In this document: positions 53,250-64,000 of the stretch, piece by piece
How positions within the stretch are numbered: position 1 is the first letter of the stretch
How the letters are laid out: each line of letters starts with the position of its first letter
Assembly (NCBI RefSeq): GCF_006345805.1
Contig: NC_043009.1
Span: 65,224,001 to 65,288,000, forward strand
From: Octopus sinensis
Taxonomy: Eukaryota
Direction of reading: 5' to 3'
DNA: 64,000 bases
Notes under the pieces: generated by a model
What the model was told of the DNA's origin: nothing
The model's input: the letters and a program-made list of their open reading frames with translations, nothing else
Database searches by the model: none
Program-made: the position numbers and the translations under genes

Positions 53250-53435
53250 TATGCCAGTTGGCAGAATCGTTAGCATACCGGACAAAATATTTAACGGTAT
53301 CAAATTCTGAGTTCAAATTCCGTCGCAGTCTACTTTCACTTTCATTCTTTCGGTGTCGATAAAATAAGTGCCAGCAGAGCCCTGCGATCGATTTTATCAA
53401 TTTCAGTCTTTGTGCTATAAGAGTAGAAAGGATTA
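53250..53435 (+). mobile_element. SINE family B, diverged
   Basis: GTTGGCAGAATCGTTAGCATACCGGACAAAAT..GAGTTCAAATTCCG..GTCGATAAAATAAGT. Confidence 0.8.
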
Positions 53436-53719
53436 AAACTCCGCTTGGCACTGGGCCAAATATACCCATCATGACTGTTGTATGGGTAGACTTGAAGGGG
53501 AAATTGCATAAAATCCCGTAATGATTATCCTCCATCACAGCCTCTGGATCTTCTTTCATAGCATTTTCCGTTACTTTGAATTCATGCTCTTGGCTGACAA
53601 ACTCTTTTATTGACACATACATGTCTGTGCTTATATTCTTTTTTGTGCTAACTGCATTAACTTAAGAGATGGTTAGCACGTCGAACAAACACTTAGCCGG
53701 ATTTCTCGCTCTTTGCATT

Positions 53720-54950
53720 CTGGCGATAGTCAGGAGGCAGTAGTGGAGTTTATGTCAATAGTCTGCCTAGGCTCTCGGTAGAAGACGCGACGTTCTGTAA
53801 GAATTTAATTCTAGTCACTAAAATACGGGAAGCAGTGAGCAGATGCACAAAGCGAAAATAATCTGGTTTGCGTGGTGTGGCCTCCAAATTCTGAGTTCAT
53901 GCCAGACTTGTTTGGCGACCTCTTGGTAGACCTTTAACTCATCTGGTAGCAGAACGGTAAAATTACTCGTGCTGTGAACCAAGCGTCAGTAAACGGATGA
54001 AAAAGGTCACCGAGAAAGATGTGGTAGGCAACTTTTGGTTTATAACTTTTAGTCAAGGTATTAGCGAAAAGTCTGGCACGTTTGATGGGACAAAAACATC
54101 GTTATATGAATGATATCTTTAATTCTGTCAGTTTCGGGACGCTACAATACACAACACGCGGCCACATATCTGAACCACTTCGCATTGCACGTTTGGTCCA
54201 TTAAGGCTGCCTGCGGTCTCCTTTTCTGTATGTATTGGCTCTCGAACTACTACTGAGGAAGTTAACACAATTGAGAGAGTTCCCTTTAAAAATAGGACAG
54301 GGGAGGGCCACGTCAGCTTGTGTGACAACGTCACCGTAATACTCTTGGGCGCCACCAAAATGGGGGTGGTCGCTACCATTGTTAAGGAATATGAGACAGG
54401 GATAGGGGCTAGAACCAACGCCAACTTGGTGCTGGGATTCAGGCTGGTCATGGAGATGCAGGTCTGTGATGTCGAACTGTGACGTGGGACGTTGGACCGG
54501 TTAAACTACTTAGGATCTGGTTCAATCCTGTTACAGTTATGTTGAAAGATGTAATATGGAAAGTGCAGCATTGATGACAAAACATTTGGGCTAATTCTAC
54601 TTAGAGACTGTCATGCGTCCGTTTGGAGGATTCCAGGACCAAATTTGTCAGGTATGTGATTTTTTAATGCACTGAAAAGCTGTCAGTGGATATACTCTCG
54701 TTTGTGGCGGTCGGCGCTGCGTCTAACACGACTCATCGTATGGTTGACAGTCGAATGAATGTACGTGTAATGGAGATATTGTACGCGAATGGGTACATTC
54801 CAGAAAGGGGCTTCAATGGGAGACGGCAACGGGGAAGTGAACTGTTGAAATGTTGCAGAAGGCGAAGGGTTGACACTGGATTGCTGTAGAATAAGAAACA
54901 TAAGCTGAGCCTATGCAGTCACATGAGAATATGTAGTAATGAATTACTTG
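53720..54950 (-). mobile_element. Possible decayed APE-type LINE remnant
   Basis: Minus strand HIFLGDLFHPFTDAW (about 54025-53980) resembles the APE endonuclease IIxxGDFNxHxxxW motif. The region is GC-richer and has many stops. Confidence 0.25.
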
Positions 54951-55011
54951 ACAAAATAAGGTGTAATGGCTTACCGTTGGGGGGAGGAATTAGAGAATAT
55001 GCTTTGATATT

Positions 55012-55303
55012 GAAGTCCATGCAGGAAACTGCTTTGTTGATGCAGTCTTTGGGTTTGTCCGTATCATGCCGAAATTGTATCCATCTTCACCATTCGCAAA
55101 GAGCGGCGGATACTGGAGCGCATCGTAGGATGTATTAATTCCTAGAACATCTCTTGGTAAACAATATTTTTTGCTTTCCCTCGTGGAATAAATGCAAATG
55201 ATATTTTTGCTTCACACTCTAGAGCAGCCAACATTTAATCGTCCGTATGAGAGGCATGACTCTTCTAAGTGAAGTCCTACCACAGACAGTGTTTGACCCT
55301 GGT
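55012..55303 (-). mobile_element. Helitron RepHel fragments: Pif1-type helicase C-terminus, then an N-terminal RepHel segment
   Basis: 55303-55142 reads NQGQTLSVVGLHLEESCLSYGRLNVGCSRV*SKN/FAFIPRGKAKNIVYQEMF*. 55130-55012 reads SYDALQYPPLFANGEDGYNFGMIRTNPKT/AVSCMDF. Confidence 0.8.
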
Positions 55304-55570
55304 TAGTTGGCAGAAAGGTTAGCACACCGGGCGAAATGCTTAGCGGTATTTCGTTTGCCGCTACGTTCTGAGTTCAAATTCTGCCGAGGTCGACTTTGCC
55401 TTTCATCCTTTCGGGGTCGATTAAATAAGTACCAGTTACGCACTGGAGTCGATATAATCGACTTAATCCGTTTGTTTGTCCTTGTTTGTCCTCTCTGTGT
55501 TTAACCCCTTGTGGGTAGTAAAGAAATAGGTATTTCGTCTACCGATACGTTCTGAGTTCAAATTCAGCCA
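55304..55570 (+). mobile_element. SINE family B with a partial second unit
   Basis: The full body ends AAAGAAATA and restarts at the internal GGTATTTCGTC. Confidence 0.9.
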
Positions 55571-55852
55571 ATTGAAAATGAGATAATTTTTTGACCAATG
55601 GATGTAAGGGAAACAGTCAAGTTCTGAAAGTTACTTCGCAAAGTGTTACTTCCCTTCTCCACGTAACACAGGAACGGGTGTCTTTTGCTCCCAGGAGGGT
55701 CGTTACTCAATATATGAAAGATATTAAGAGTCTAAAACCATCTGTGGAACGTACGCAGTGTATGTTCCCAGTGTGGAGAAAATCAGTTGAAAACTACGGC
55801 CGTTATAATCTTTTAAACATATACACACATACAGACAGAACGGAATTTCTAT

Positions 55853-55899
<47 letters not shown>

Positions 55900-55909
55900 T
55901 ATATAAATA

Positions 55910-55964
<55 letters not shown>

Positions 55965-56619
55965 ATATATATGTTTGTGTGTGTGTGTGCGTGAATATAC
56001 ACATATATGCGTGAGTGTATATATATATTTATATATATAGACCGCTTCTCTTTGCTTTTATTACATACCATTATAGATACATTTACTATTCTTTTTCTTC
56101 ATCATATTACATGTCTGTCAGTATCACCTCTTCATCTGACATACTGGTGGAAAATATAAGAAATAAGTACCATCATCATCATTAGCAGCATAATCATCAT
56201 CATAATCTCCATCATTATCATCATTACCGTCATCTTGGTGCCATCATTATCATTAACGGGAAAATGGTCTCCAGTATCTGCTTCAACGTGACAGAGGACA
56301 GTCCGTGATGAAAGGACAGTGGAATGTCTTTTGAAACGCAGAGGCACCGGAAGGACAATGCCTATGGTGGAAGCGGTTTGTGTTTACTTTTAACACGACT
56401 AAAACGGTGCGTTTGTTGAAAGTGGGAGACCATACCTTTCAAATTAGCCCAAAAATGGCTGTGCACTGCACACATACACACACACACACACACCACACAC
56501 ACACTCGCACGCATATACACAAGGAGACATAATGACACAAACACGAACACACATACAAGCACACACTCATATATACATGTATGTATGCACATATAGTTAT
56601 GTGTGTATACATACATACA

Positions 56620-56705
<86 letters not shown>

Positions 56706-56963
56706 TATATATATGTATGTATGTATGCACATATAGGTATATGTGTATACATATATATATCTATATGCATGTGTGTGTATGTACATGTGTATATGCATAA
56801 ACGCACTCATTCACACGTACAATAGCTATATGAGGACAGCACGCGTTTACACGCATTTTCGTATTTTCTGAAGTAATCGAATCAACGGCGAACGGCGCGT
56901 TCGGAATGTCGTTACGTCGTTTATTATTGCACTTCCCTGCTGCAGCTGTTTTCTTGCACTCAC

Positions 56964-56979
56964 GCCACCAGGGGGCGAT
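56964..56979 (+). promoter_or_regulatory. Consensus CTCF-type site in a CpG-rich unique island (about 56835-57200)
   Basis: GCCACCAGGGGGCGAT versus the consensus GCCACCAGGGGGCGCT. The CRE palindrome GTGACGTCAC lies at 57066-57075. Confidence 0.5.
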
Positions 56980-57619
56980 CGATGTATGTGCGACGATATG
57001 AATTTTAAAAAATTAATCAAAAGAAGATACCTTCACGAGTCCCAAGCGGTTGGCGTGTTCGATTTGTGACGTCACCATCTGTTTATTGGTAGCGCTGAGA
57101 CCATGCTCCATGCATCATTCATGTTCTGCTAGCTGCTAACCCCATCAGAGAACCGACCGCACATCCTGCGTTCGCTTCTTGCCTTGCTTTCGACGACGCA
57201 CTATTTCCTTACTCCAACAGCTTTTGCATTCTCTCACTACATCATTCATTTAATGTTCTCTTGCTAATGTCTTTTACTAGTCTCTTGCCTAAAACGCTAC
57301 TAATTTCCATTAATTTCCATTATATATTTGAATGCATGTATGTGTGAATATATGTAGGTGTTTCTATATATAATATATATACACATATAAAGACATTTAT
57401 ATATATATACACATATAAAGACATATATATATATATACACATATAAAGACATATATATATAAACACACACATTCTTTTTAGAGTTCAGTATTATTCCATA
57501 CTACAGATACATTTCACTATCATTTATCACTTTTTTTAATGTTGTTATATAACAGTCATCTATAACTAAGCATACATACAGTATTACAAATGGGTATAAA
57601 TACATATATATATAATATA

Positions 57620-57688
<69 letters not shown>

Positions 57689-58265
57689 TGCAAATGATGG
57701 TGTGTGTGCATATATATACATGTGTGTGTGTGTTCAGTTATAATTAAAACAGTTTTATTAATCTAATGGGTTACTCTAGACTTTTGCAGAATACGAATTT
57801 GCTGCTCTTGAACAATAATATTGTTGACAGGGACTTCGAAACTTCGGTCATTTAAGCCATCTTGGGCTGTGATGCATTAGAGTTAACCTTGGCTTTATAA
57901 AGTTTTTTGCGGTTGAAATCTTCCTTGGGTGTGTGGGTTGGAATGAGGAGGTTATTAGGTTTTATGGTGGGTTCTTTTGGAGAGAGCTTTTGGATCAAAT
58001 GTGTGTGTATGCGTGTGTGTGTAGAAGATGAAGTGTTTAGTTCACTTGTGATCTAAAGGAATAGGTATGCTGGGTAAGTGCTATAGTAGGTCCACCGTTA
58101 GGTTCCAAGATCACAGCTAAGACTGGATCTAGGAACACGTGCTAGGGTTCCGATATAGCAGGTATATATTATATTATAGGAAAATGAAGACCAAAGCAGA
58201 ATTTGAGATACTCGTCCTGCTTTGGTTTTTATGTTTCCTATATATATATATATATATATACATAC

Positions 58266-58505
58266 TCGAGGTTGAGTCAAAAGTAATGTCATTTTGCTTA
58301 GCACAGGTATAATTACCAACACAGGAACATGTATCATACATCAAATCGAAGCTGGTTCTTTGTGAATCACATCCCTACTTCTCAACATAGTCACCGTTTC
58401 TCTTAATAGCAATGTATCCCTGCCCCACAAAATTCTGCTGGCTGTTCTGTGTTGGTAATTATACCTGTCCTAAACAAAATGGCATTACTTTTTGAATCAC
58501 CCTCG
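58266..58505. mobile_element. Mariner-derived MITE with TIRs of about 57 bp
   Basis: CGAGGTTGAGTCAAAAGTAATGTCATTTTGCTTAGCACAGGTATAATTACCAACACAG pairs with CTGTGTTGGTAATTATACCTGTCCTAAACAAAATGGCATTACTTTTTGAATCACCCTCG, in a TA-rich context. Confidence 0.85.
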
Positions 58506-58528
58506 AGATGTATATAATATATATATTA

Positions 58529-58607
<79 letters not shown>

Positions 58608-58611
<4 letters not shown>

Positions 58612-58886
58612 ATCAGTCGGTGCTATAACAAAAATCAGAGTTTTATTGTGGCAACCGACTAATTGCCATATATATTATAGATAAATTCCTCTGTTTACAT
58701 AATATCGAGATCTCTTTCATTCTTTTGTTGTGTCTGGGGAGTGTCATTTTCTTTTTGTGCCTTATAATGTAACACACACAAAATTTCCACTTTTAAAGAA
58801 TTTTTTATTTTCCTAAAATTTTACCGGTGAGTGAGTTACATTATAAGGCACAAAAAGAAAATGACTCTCCCCAGACACAATAGAAT
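58608..58886. repeat. Two adjacent fold-back structures (58608-58667 and 58719-58886)
   Basis: GGCAATCAGTCGG pairs with CCGACTAATTGCC. TTGTGTCTGGGGAGTGTCATTTTCTTTTTGTGCCTTATAATGTAAC pairs with GTTACATTATAAGGCACAAAAAGAAAATGACTCTCCCCAGACACAA. Confidence 0.85.
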
Positions 58887-58965
58887 ATGCTTCAACACAC
58901 GAACTTGCAAACCAAATCCCAGAACGAAATTCATTCTTTTGTTGTCATATTATTATTAATATATA

Positions 58966-59204
58966 TACACGGGGTGTTCAAAAAATCTCTCTGCAGTGAA
59001 ATTTTTCCTCCTGCGAATGACCATGGCGTTACTTCGAGGTTTTTTCGGTGAACGGATTATTTGAAAGGGATTTTGGCCACTAAGATCACCTAATTTAACA
59101 CCACCAGACTTTTTTTTCTTGGGTGCAAATAAAAGATCAGCTTACAAGAATCACCTGAAAACCATTAAATACTTACAGCGGAGAGACAGTTGACACACCC
59201 TGTG
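58966..59204 (+). mobile_element. Internally deleted Tc1/mariner-superfamily element
   Basis: Ends are TACACGGGGTGTTCAAAAAATCTCTC and GAGAGACAGTTGACACACCCTGT. The internal WPLRSPNLTPPDFFF resembles WPPRSPDLTPLDFFLWG. Confidence 0.75.
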
Positions 59205-59234
59205 TTGTATATATATATAATATATATATATATA

Positions 59235-59286
<52 letters not shown>

Positions 59287-59339
59287 GTATGTATATTTAA
59301 TAGAAGAATTATACTCATCACGCAAGAGTAAATTGCCAA

Positions 59340-61090
59340 GCTACTTATCAGGAGATACCTTAGTTAAAGAAAGTTTACATAGTTGTTAAGGGATCTCGAG
59401 TTAACTCGCGGGAGATGTGATTTAAAATGAGTGGTGAACCTGGAAAAACGAGGTGGAAAAATAAAACAAAAATACATATGTATGAAGAAATAAAATACGG
59501 GATTGGGCAAGTGTCTAAAATTGTTACGAATATTATTATTTCTATCATTGTTTATTTCTTTGGTGCGTACAGCTGTGTCGCTAGGTTTGTTAAGGGTATT
59601 GGGTGGACTATTAAGATTAGGGCCGGTGGTGTGAGTGTTAGTGTTGATAAGGAGGTTTAAGGATTCCTAGGGTTATGGGCATGGGTTAGCGGTTAGTATG
59701 AGCTATGTTAGGATGATTAGACTTAAAAATGGGTTATCAAGGGTTTTATTATTCGAACTATTATAAGCTACATCCCTCGTATGACTCACCACCCTAAAAA
59801 ATACCAGTCTTAACGCAACCAGAGCCAATGCATATAATAGAAGGTTAAACCTAGATCCTAATAACCCCACAAACATCATATTAGCACCTTCTAGAATCCT
59901 ATGCACCGGTAGACGCTCCACCTCCTGTCCCTTCCATGATAATTGCCAGAACGAATTTCACTATTCAATGACACTTCTACTATTTCTCCTGCTGGGGCGA
60001 GAGTAATAGTAGGCATAGAGACGGTGAGGGCGGTAGTAGATTCACAGTCGTAATAGTAATGAGGTGATAGTAATAGTATGAGCTGTAGTTGTCATAGAGG
60101 CGGAGGCGATGGTAATGATGGTGTTGATGGTGGTTGCCGAGGCGGTCAGGGATGACGGTGATAGTAAAGCGATGTGAAAGGCAATGGTGATGGTGGTGGA
60201 GAGGAAAACAGCAAAGTCAAAGGTATTGATAGTGGAGGTCTGAATGGTGTGTGTATGGCAGTTGTAGTGGTGATGGTGGTAGTACTGGTGATGGTGATGG
60301 TTTGAAACTACCAACAGAAAGAGAGATAGTTTAGATAGAAAAAAACTGTACTGACCCCCGAATAGGAAGATAAAAAAAATGTTTATCATGCAGCTTTGCA
60401 ACAAGTTCCAAGCCGACAAATCATATCATTGTTTTGAGGAAAAGTGTTCATTACTTGAAAAATATTGGTCAAGTTTAATAAGACTTAATATGAACTCAGT
60501 GCATGAAGTGCCATTGTTGGGCCGAAGGCTCAATGAAGAGCCCTCCACAGGTGCTAGCTTAAAAGCAAATCCACGATAATCCCACTCTTAAATATTCGTT
60601 ACTTTTTCTTCTCTTGACAATTTTACCTCTAAAAATTCTTCTCTTTTCTTTTCTTTGATTCTGTTTATATGTATACACTTGGGTACGACAATATATCTAT
60701 TTACTTTTGATACAGAAAATGACCCCAGCTAAGAATTCACAACTACCCTTCCCTAGTTAATTTCAGTCTATCCAAAATTCTCCTGTCTTCCCTCTTTCCG
60801 TTTCTTTATTCTTAACAACTTTAGACAAGTGCTCACTCCCATATTTTATTTCTTCGTAGATATGTTTTTCTATTTTGTATTTTTACCCCGTTTTTCCAGT
60901 TTCACCACTCATTTTAAATCACATCTCCCGCGAGATAATTCGGTAGCCCTTGACGAAAATGTAACCTTCATTTAACTAAGGTATATTTGGCCTGATGGGT
61001 AGCTAATGGAGTACGTCTGGTTGAGGGATTCTTAAACCCGAGGTTCTGCTAGATACGAAAAATATGCAGTCTGGATTTTCCCTGTTCCAT
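59340..61090. mobile_element. Inverted pair of PLE-type termini (59340-59535 and 60810-61005) with a hammerhead-like relic at 60992-61075
   Basis: CTCGCGGGAGATGTGATTTAAAATGAGTGGTGAA pairs with TTCACCACTCATTTTAAATCACATCTCCCGCGAG. Both outer ends lie near (TA)n. Confidence 0.6.
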
Positions 61091-61117
61091 TCCTTCAATT
61101 TATGAAAGTATATATCT

Positions 61118-61148
<31 letters not shown>

Positions 61149-61222
61149 TATATATATAGCATATATATCTATATGGTGGTGTGTGTGTGTGTGTGTGTGT
61201 GTGGTGTGCGGTGTGTTTGTAT

Positions 61223-61268
<46 letters not shown>

Positions 61269-61610
61269 TATATTATAATATATTACATATATATATACAT
61301 ATATATATATATAAATAATCTATAGGGGGTGTGTTAAGGATATAAGGATAAAATCACGTTAATCATTTTTATCAGGTAGTTAGCATGGGATAAAAATTCA
61401 TAGGCAATTTATACATTAAATTAATATTAATTATATGAAGGGAGATCGGGTGAAAGCGACCTGTCCTCAGCATGCTTGAAGTACAGACTCATTGTAAGGG
61501 AGCAAGGGTGAAAAGGACCTAACTCCAACAAGCTTGAAGTACCGAGACCTTGAATGTCTCGACACATCAAGCATATTGGAGTTTTCATCTTTTCTCTCTT
61601 AATTTAATGG

Positions 61611-61675
<65 letters not shown>

Positions 61676-61844
61676 TAATAATAATAATAATAATAATTGA
61701 CCTAACGAGGAGCCTCAACTTTAAGAACCTTATTCGTTTGAATATTGTTATGTGTGTGTGTGTGTGCGCGCGCATTTCGACTTGATTTTGTTTCCAAAAT
61801 CATCAAAGTTCTTGTCATTAAATTTGAATGTATACAACCTCCAC

Positions 61845-62186
61845 GTATGTATGTAGGCATGTATGTATGCATGCATGTATTATGTATGTATGTATTAATG
61901 TATGTATGTATGTATGATGTATATTGTTGATGTATGTGCATGTATGTAGTATGTTATGTATGTATGTTATTGTATGTATGTATTAATGTATTGTATGTAG
62001 TATGTATTATGTATGTATGTATGTATTAATGTATGTATGTATGTATGTATGTATGTATGTATGTATGTATGTATGTATGTATGTATGCATGTATGTAATT
62101 ATGTATGTATTAATGTATGTATGTATGTACGTATGTACGTATGTATGTATGTATGTATGTATGTATGTATGTATGTATGTATGTAT
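61845..62186. repeat. (TGTA)n array
   Basis: Direct reading. Confidence 0.95.
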
Positions 62187-62357
62187 TCGTGTATCCACCT
62201 CTGCATTTTGAAATATGTTTACAGGAATGTGTATGAGAATACTTAATATGTGTGTATGTGGCGTGTGTATGTATGTGTTTGTGAGCGTGTGTGTGTGTGT
62301 GTGTGTTTGAGTCTATGAGCGAATGTGTGTATGTAATTCAACATATTTATGCAATAT

Positions 62358-62391
<34 letters not shown>

Positions 62392-62951
62392 TCTAATGTA
62401 TATATGTAAAGGAAGAGAAGAGAGAGGGGGAGGGAGGAGCGAGAGGGAAAGAACAAGAGAGAGAGCGAATTAGAGGGAGGGAAAAAGAGAGGGAGAGAGA
62501 GAGACGGTGTTGATGTATGTTTTGATGGTATTTCCAAACTCAAATGATTCACATTTAACTAAGCAGGTAACGAAGTTTGATAAATGTCGGCTACCTGGAG
62601 GCAGGGTGCTGTGTACGGCTTGTGCAGCTGCCCCGAAATGTCTGCAAGGTAAGAGAAGCACCCAAAGTAGCATGATGGCAATAATAGTAATTGTAAATGA
62701 AAAAATATATATATAAATATAAGTGATAATGTCAATGTTTAAATTAAGTTTCTTTGGGGATAGAAATATTTGTGTTAACGACGACGACGACAACAACGAT
62801 GCCAACCGCTTTAATGACTGAACCGCTCAGTGGGTATCAGACATGCTAGAAATAACAGCCACGTTGGCCTACAAATTACGCCCTGACAAATTTTAATGTT
62901 TGAAAATGTGCAGGAAGATCACTCTGGCTTCACCGGTATCCTAAATATACA

Positions 62952-63629
62952 GGGCGGCGAGCTGGCAGAAACGTTAGCACGCCGGGCGAAATGTGTAGCC
63001 GTATTTCGTCTGTCGTTACGTTTTGAGTTCAAATTCCGCCGAGGTCGACTTTGCCTTTCATCCCTTCGGGGCCGGTTAATATAAGTACCAGTTACGCACT
63101 GGGGTCGATGTAATCGACTTAATACCTATGTCTGTCCTTGTTTGTCTCCTCTGTGTTTAGCCCCTTGTGGGTAGTAAAGAAATAGGTATCCTAAGTACAC
63201 AAGGCGGCGAGCTGGCAGAAACGTTAGCACGCCGGGCGAAATGCTTAGCGGTATTTCGTCTGCCGTTACGTTCAAATTCTGCCGAGGTCGACTTTGCCTT
63301 TCATCCTTTCGGGGTCGATAAATTAAGTACCAGTTACGCACTGGGGTCGATGTAATCGACTTAATACCTATCTCTGTCCTTGTTTGTCCCCTCTGTGTTT
63401 AGCCCCTCGTGGGCAATAAAGAAACATAATTTTGATAAAGAAATAGGTATTTCGTCTGCGTTACGTTGTGAGTTCAAATTCCACCGAGGTCGACTTTGCC
63501 TTTCATCCTTTCGGGGCCGGTTAATATAAGTACCAGTTACGCACTGGGGTCGATGTAATCGACTTAATACCTATGTCTGTCCTTGTTTGTCCCCTCTGTG
63601 TTTAGCCCCTTGTGGGTAATAAAGAAATA
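62952..63629 (+). mobile_element. Tandem array of three family B SINE units inserted in a family D element
   Basis: TSD GGTATCCTAAATATAC lies at 62935-62950 and 63630-63645, and a variant GGTATCCTAAGTACAC separates units 1 and 2. Confidence 0.9.
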
Positions 63630-63710
63630 GGTATCCTAAATATACTGATATAATGATGTGATTGGTCACGATTGGAAGGCTTACAATCACGTCTGCATGA
63701 AGATCGCAGT

Positions 63711-63777
63711 CCTGGTCTAAGTCTAACCTGGTCTAACCTGGTCTAACCTGGTCTAACCTGGTCTAACCTGGTCTAAC
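63711..63777. repeat. 10-bp minisatellite (CTGGTCTAAC)n
   Basis: Five perfect units plus a variant, at the 3' end of the family D element. Confidence 0.9.
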
Positions 63778-64000
63778 AAAAATAATTACATCGACGACAT
63801 AGAGCCAACGGTGGAACACTTAAATGAGTCTGCTAGAAATAGCAGTCACACTCTCCATGAAATTACATACAACCTAACAGTTTTTTAAAAAGCCTACTCG
63901 ACGCCATTTTCTTAGTTATAGTGAAAAATATGGGATGGGCACAGCTAGAATGTCTCTGAAAATAGATATATGCTCAATTAGGTATGATGTGGAACTAAAT

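Overview
This is eukaryotic, AT-rich, repeat-saturated non-coding DNA, either intronic or intergenic. The SINE families and very high microsatellite density closely resemble Octopus genomic DNA; this is recognition from memory, not a database hit. I find no supportable host protein-coding gene: almost all ORFs in the supplied track are translated microsatellites, and the few recognisable ones are transposon fragments. The window contains about 30 tRNA-derived or SINE-like copies in four families, several with clear target-site duplications (TSDs). It also holds decayed Tc1/mariner elements and MITEs, a hAT MITE with an 8-bp TSD, Helitron remnants, an RTE LINE 3' end, four truncated restriction-like-endonuclease (R4/Dong-type) LINE fragments sitting in microsatellites, and Penelope-like element (PLE) remnants. 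Six observations stand out. (1) Several type I hammerhead-ribozyme-like cores lie in PLE-type termini, best at 851-895 (-) and in a mutually supporting pair at 40889-40931 and 47164-47203 (-). (2) About nine fold-back palindromes are built largely from such termini and mostly abut (TA)n tracts. (3) A 540-bp non-tRNA element is tandemly inserted in (AAT)n beside R4/Dong-type tails. (4) The SINEs show modular head/tail shuffling and an apparent GGTAT target preference with self-nesting. (5) Two CpG-rich islands carry CTCF-like sites. (6) There is one weak candidate exon near 62.6 kb. All alignments and folds were done by eye.
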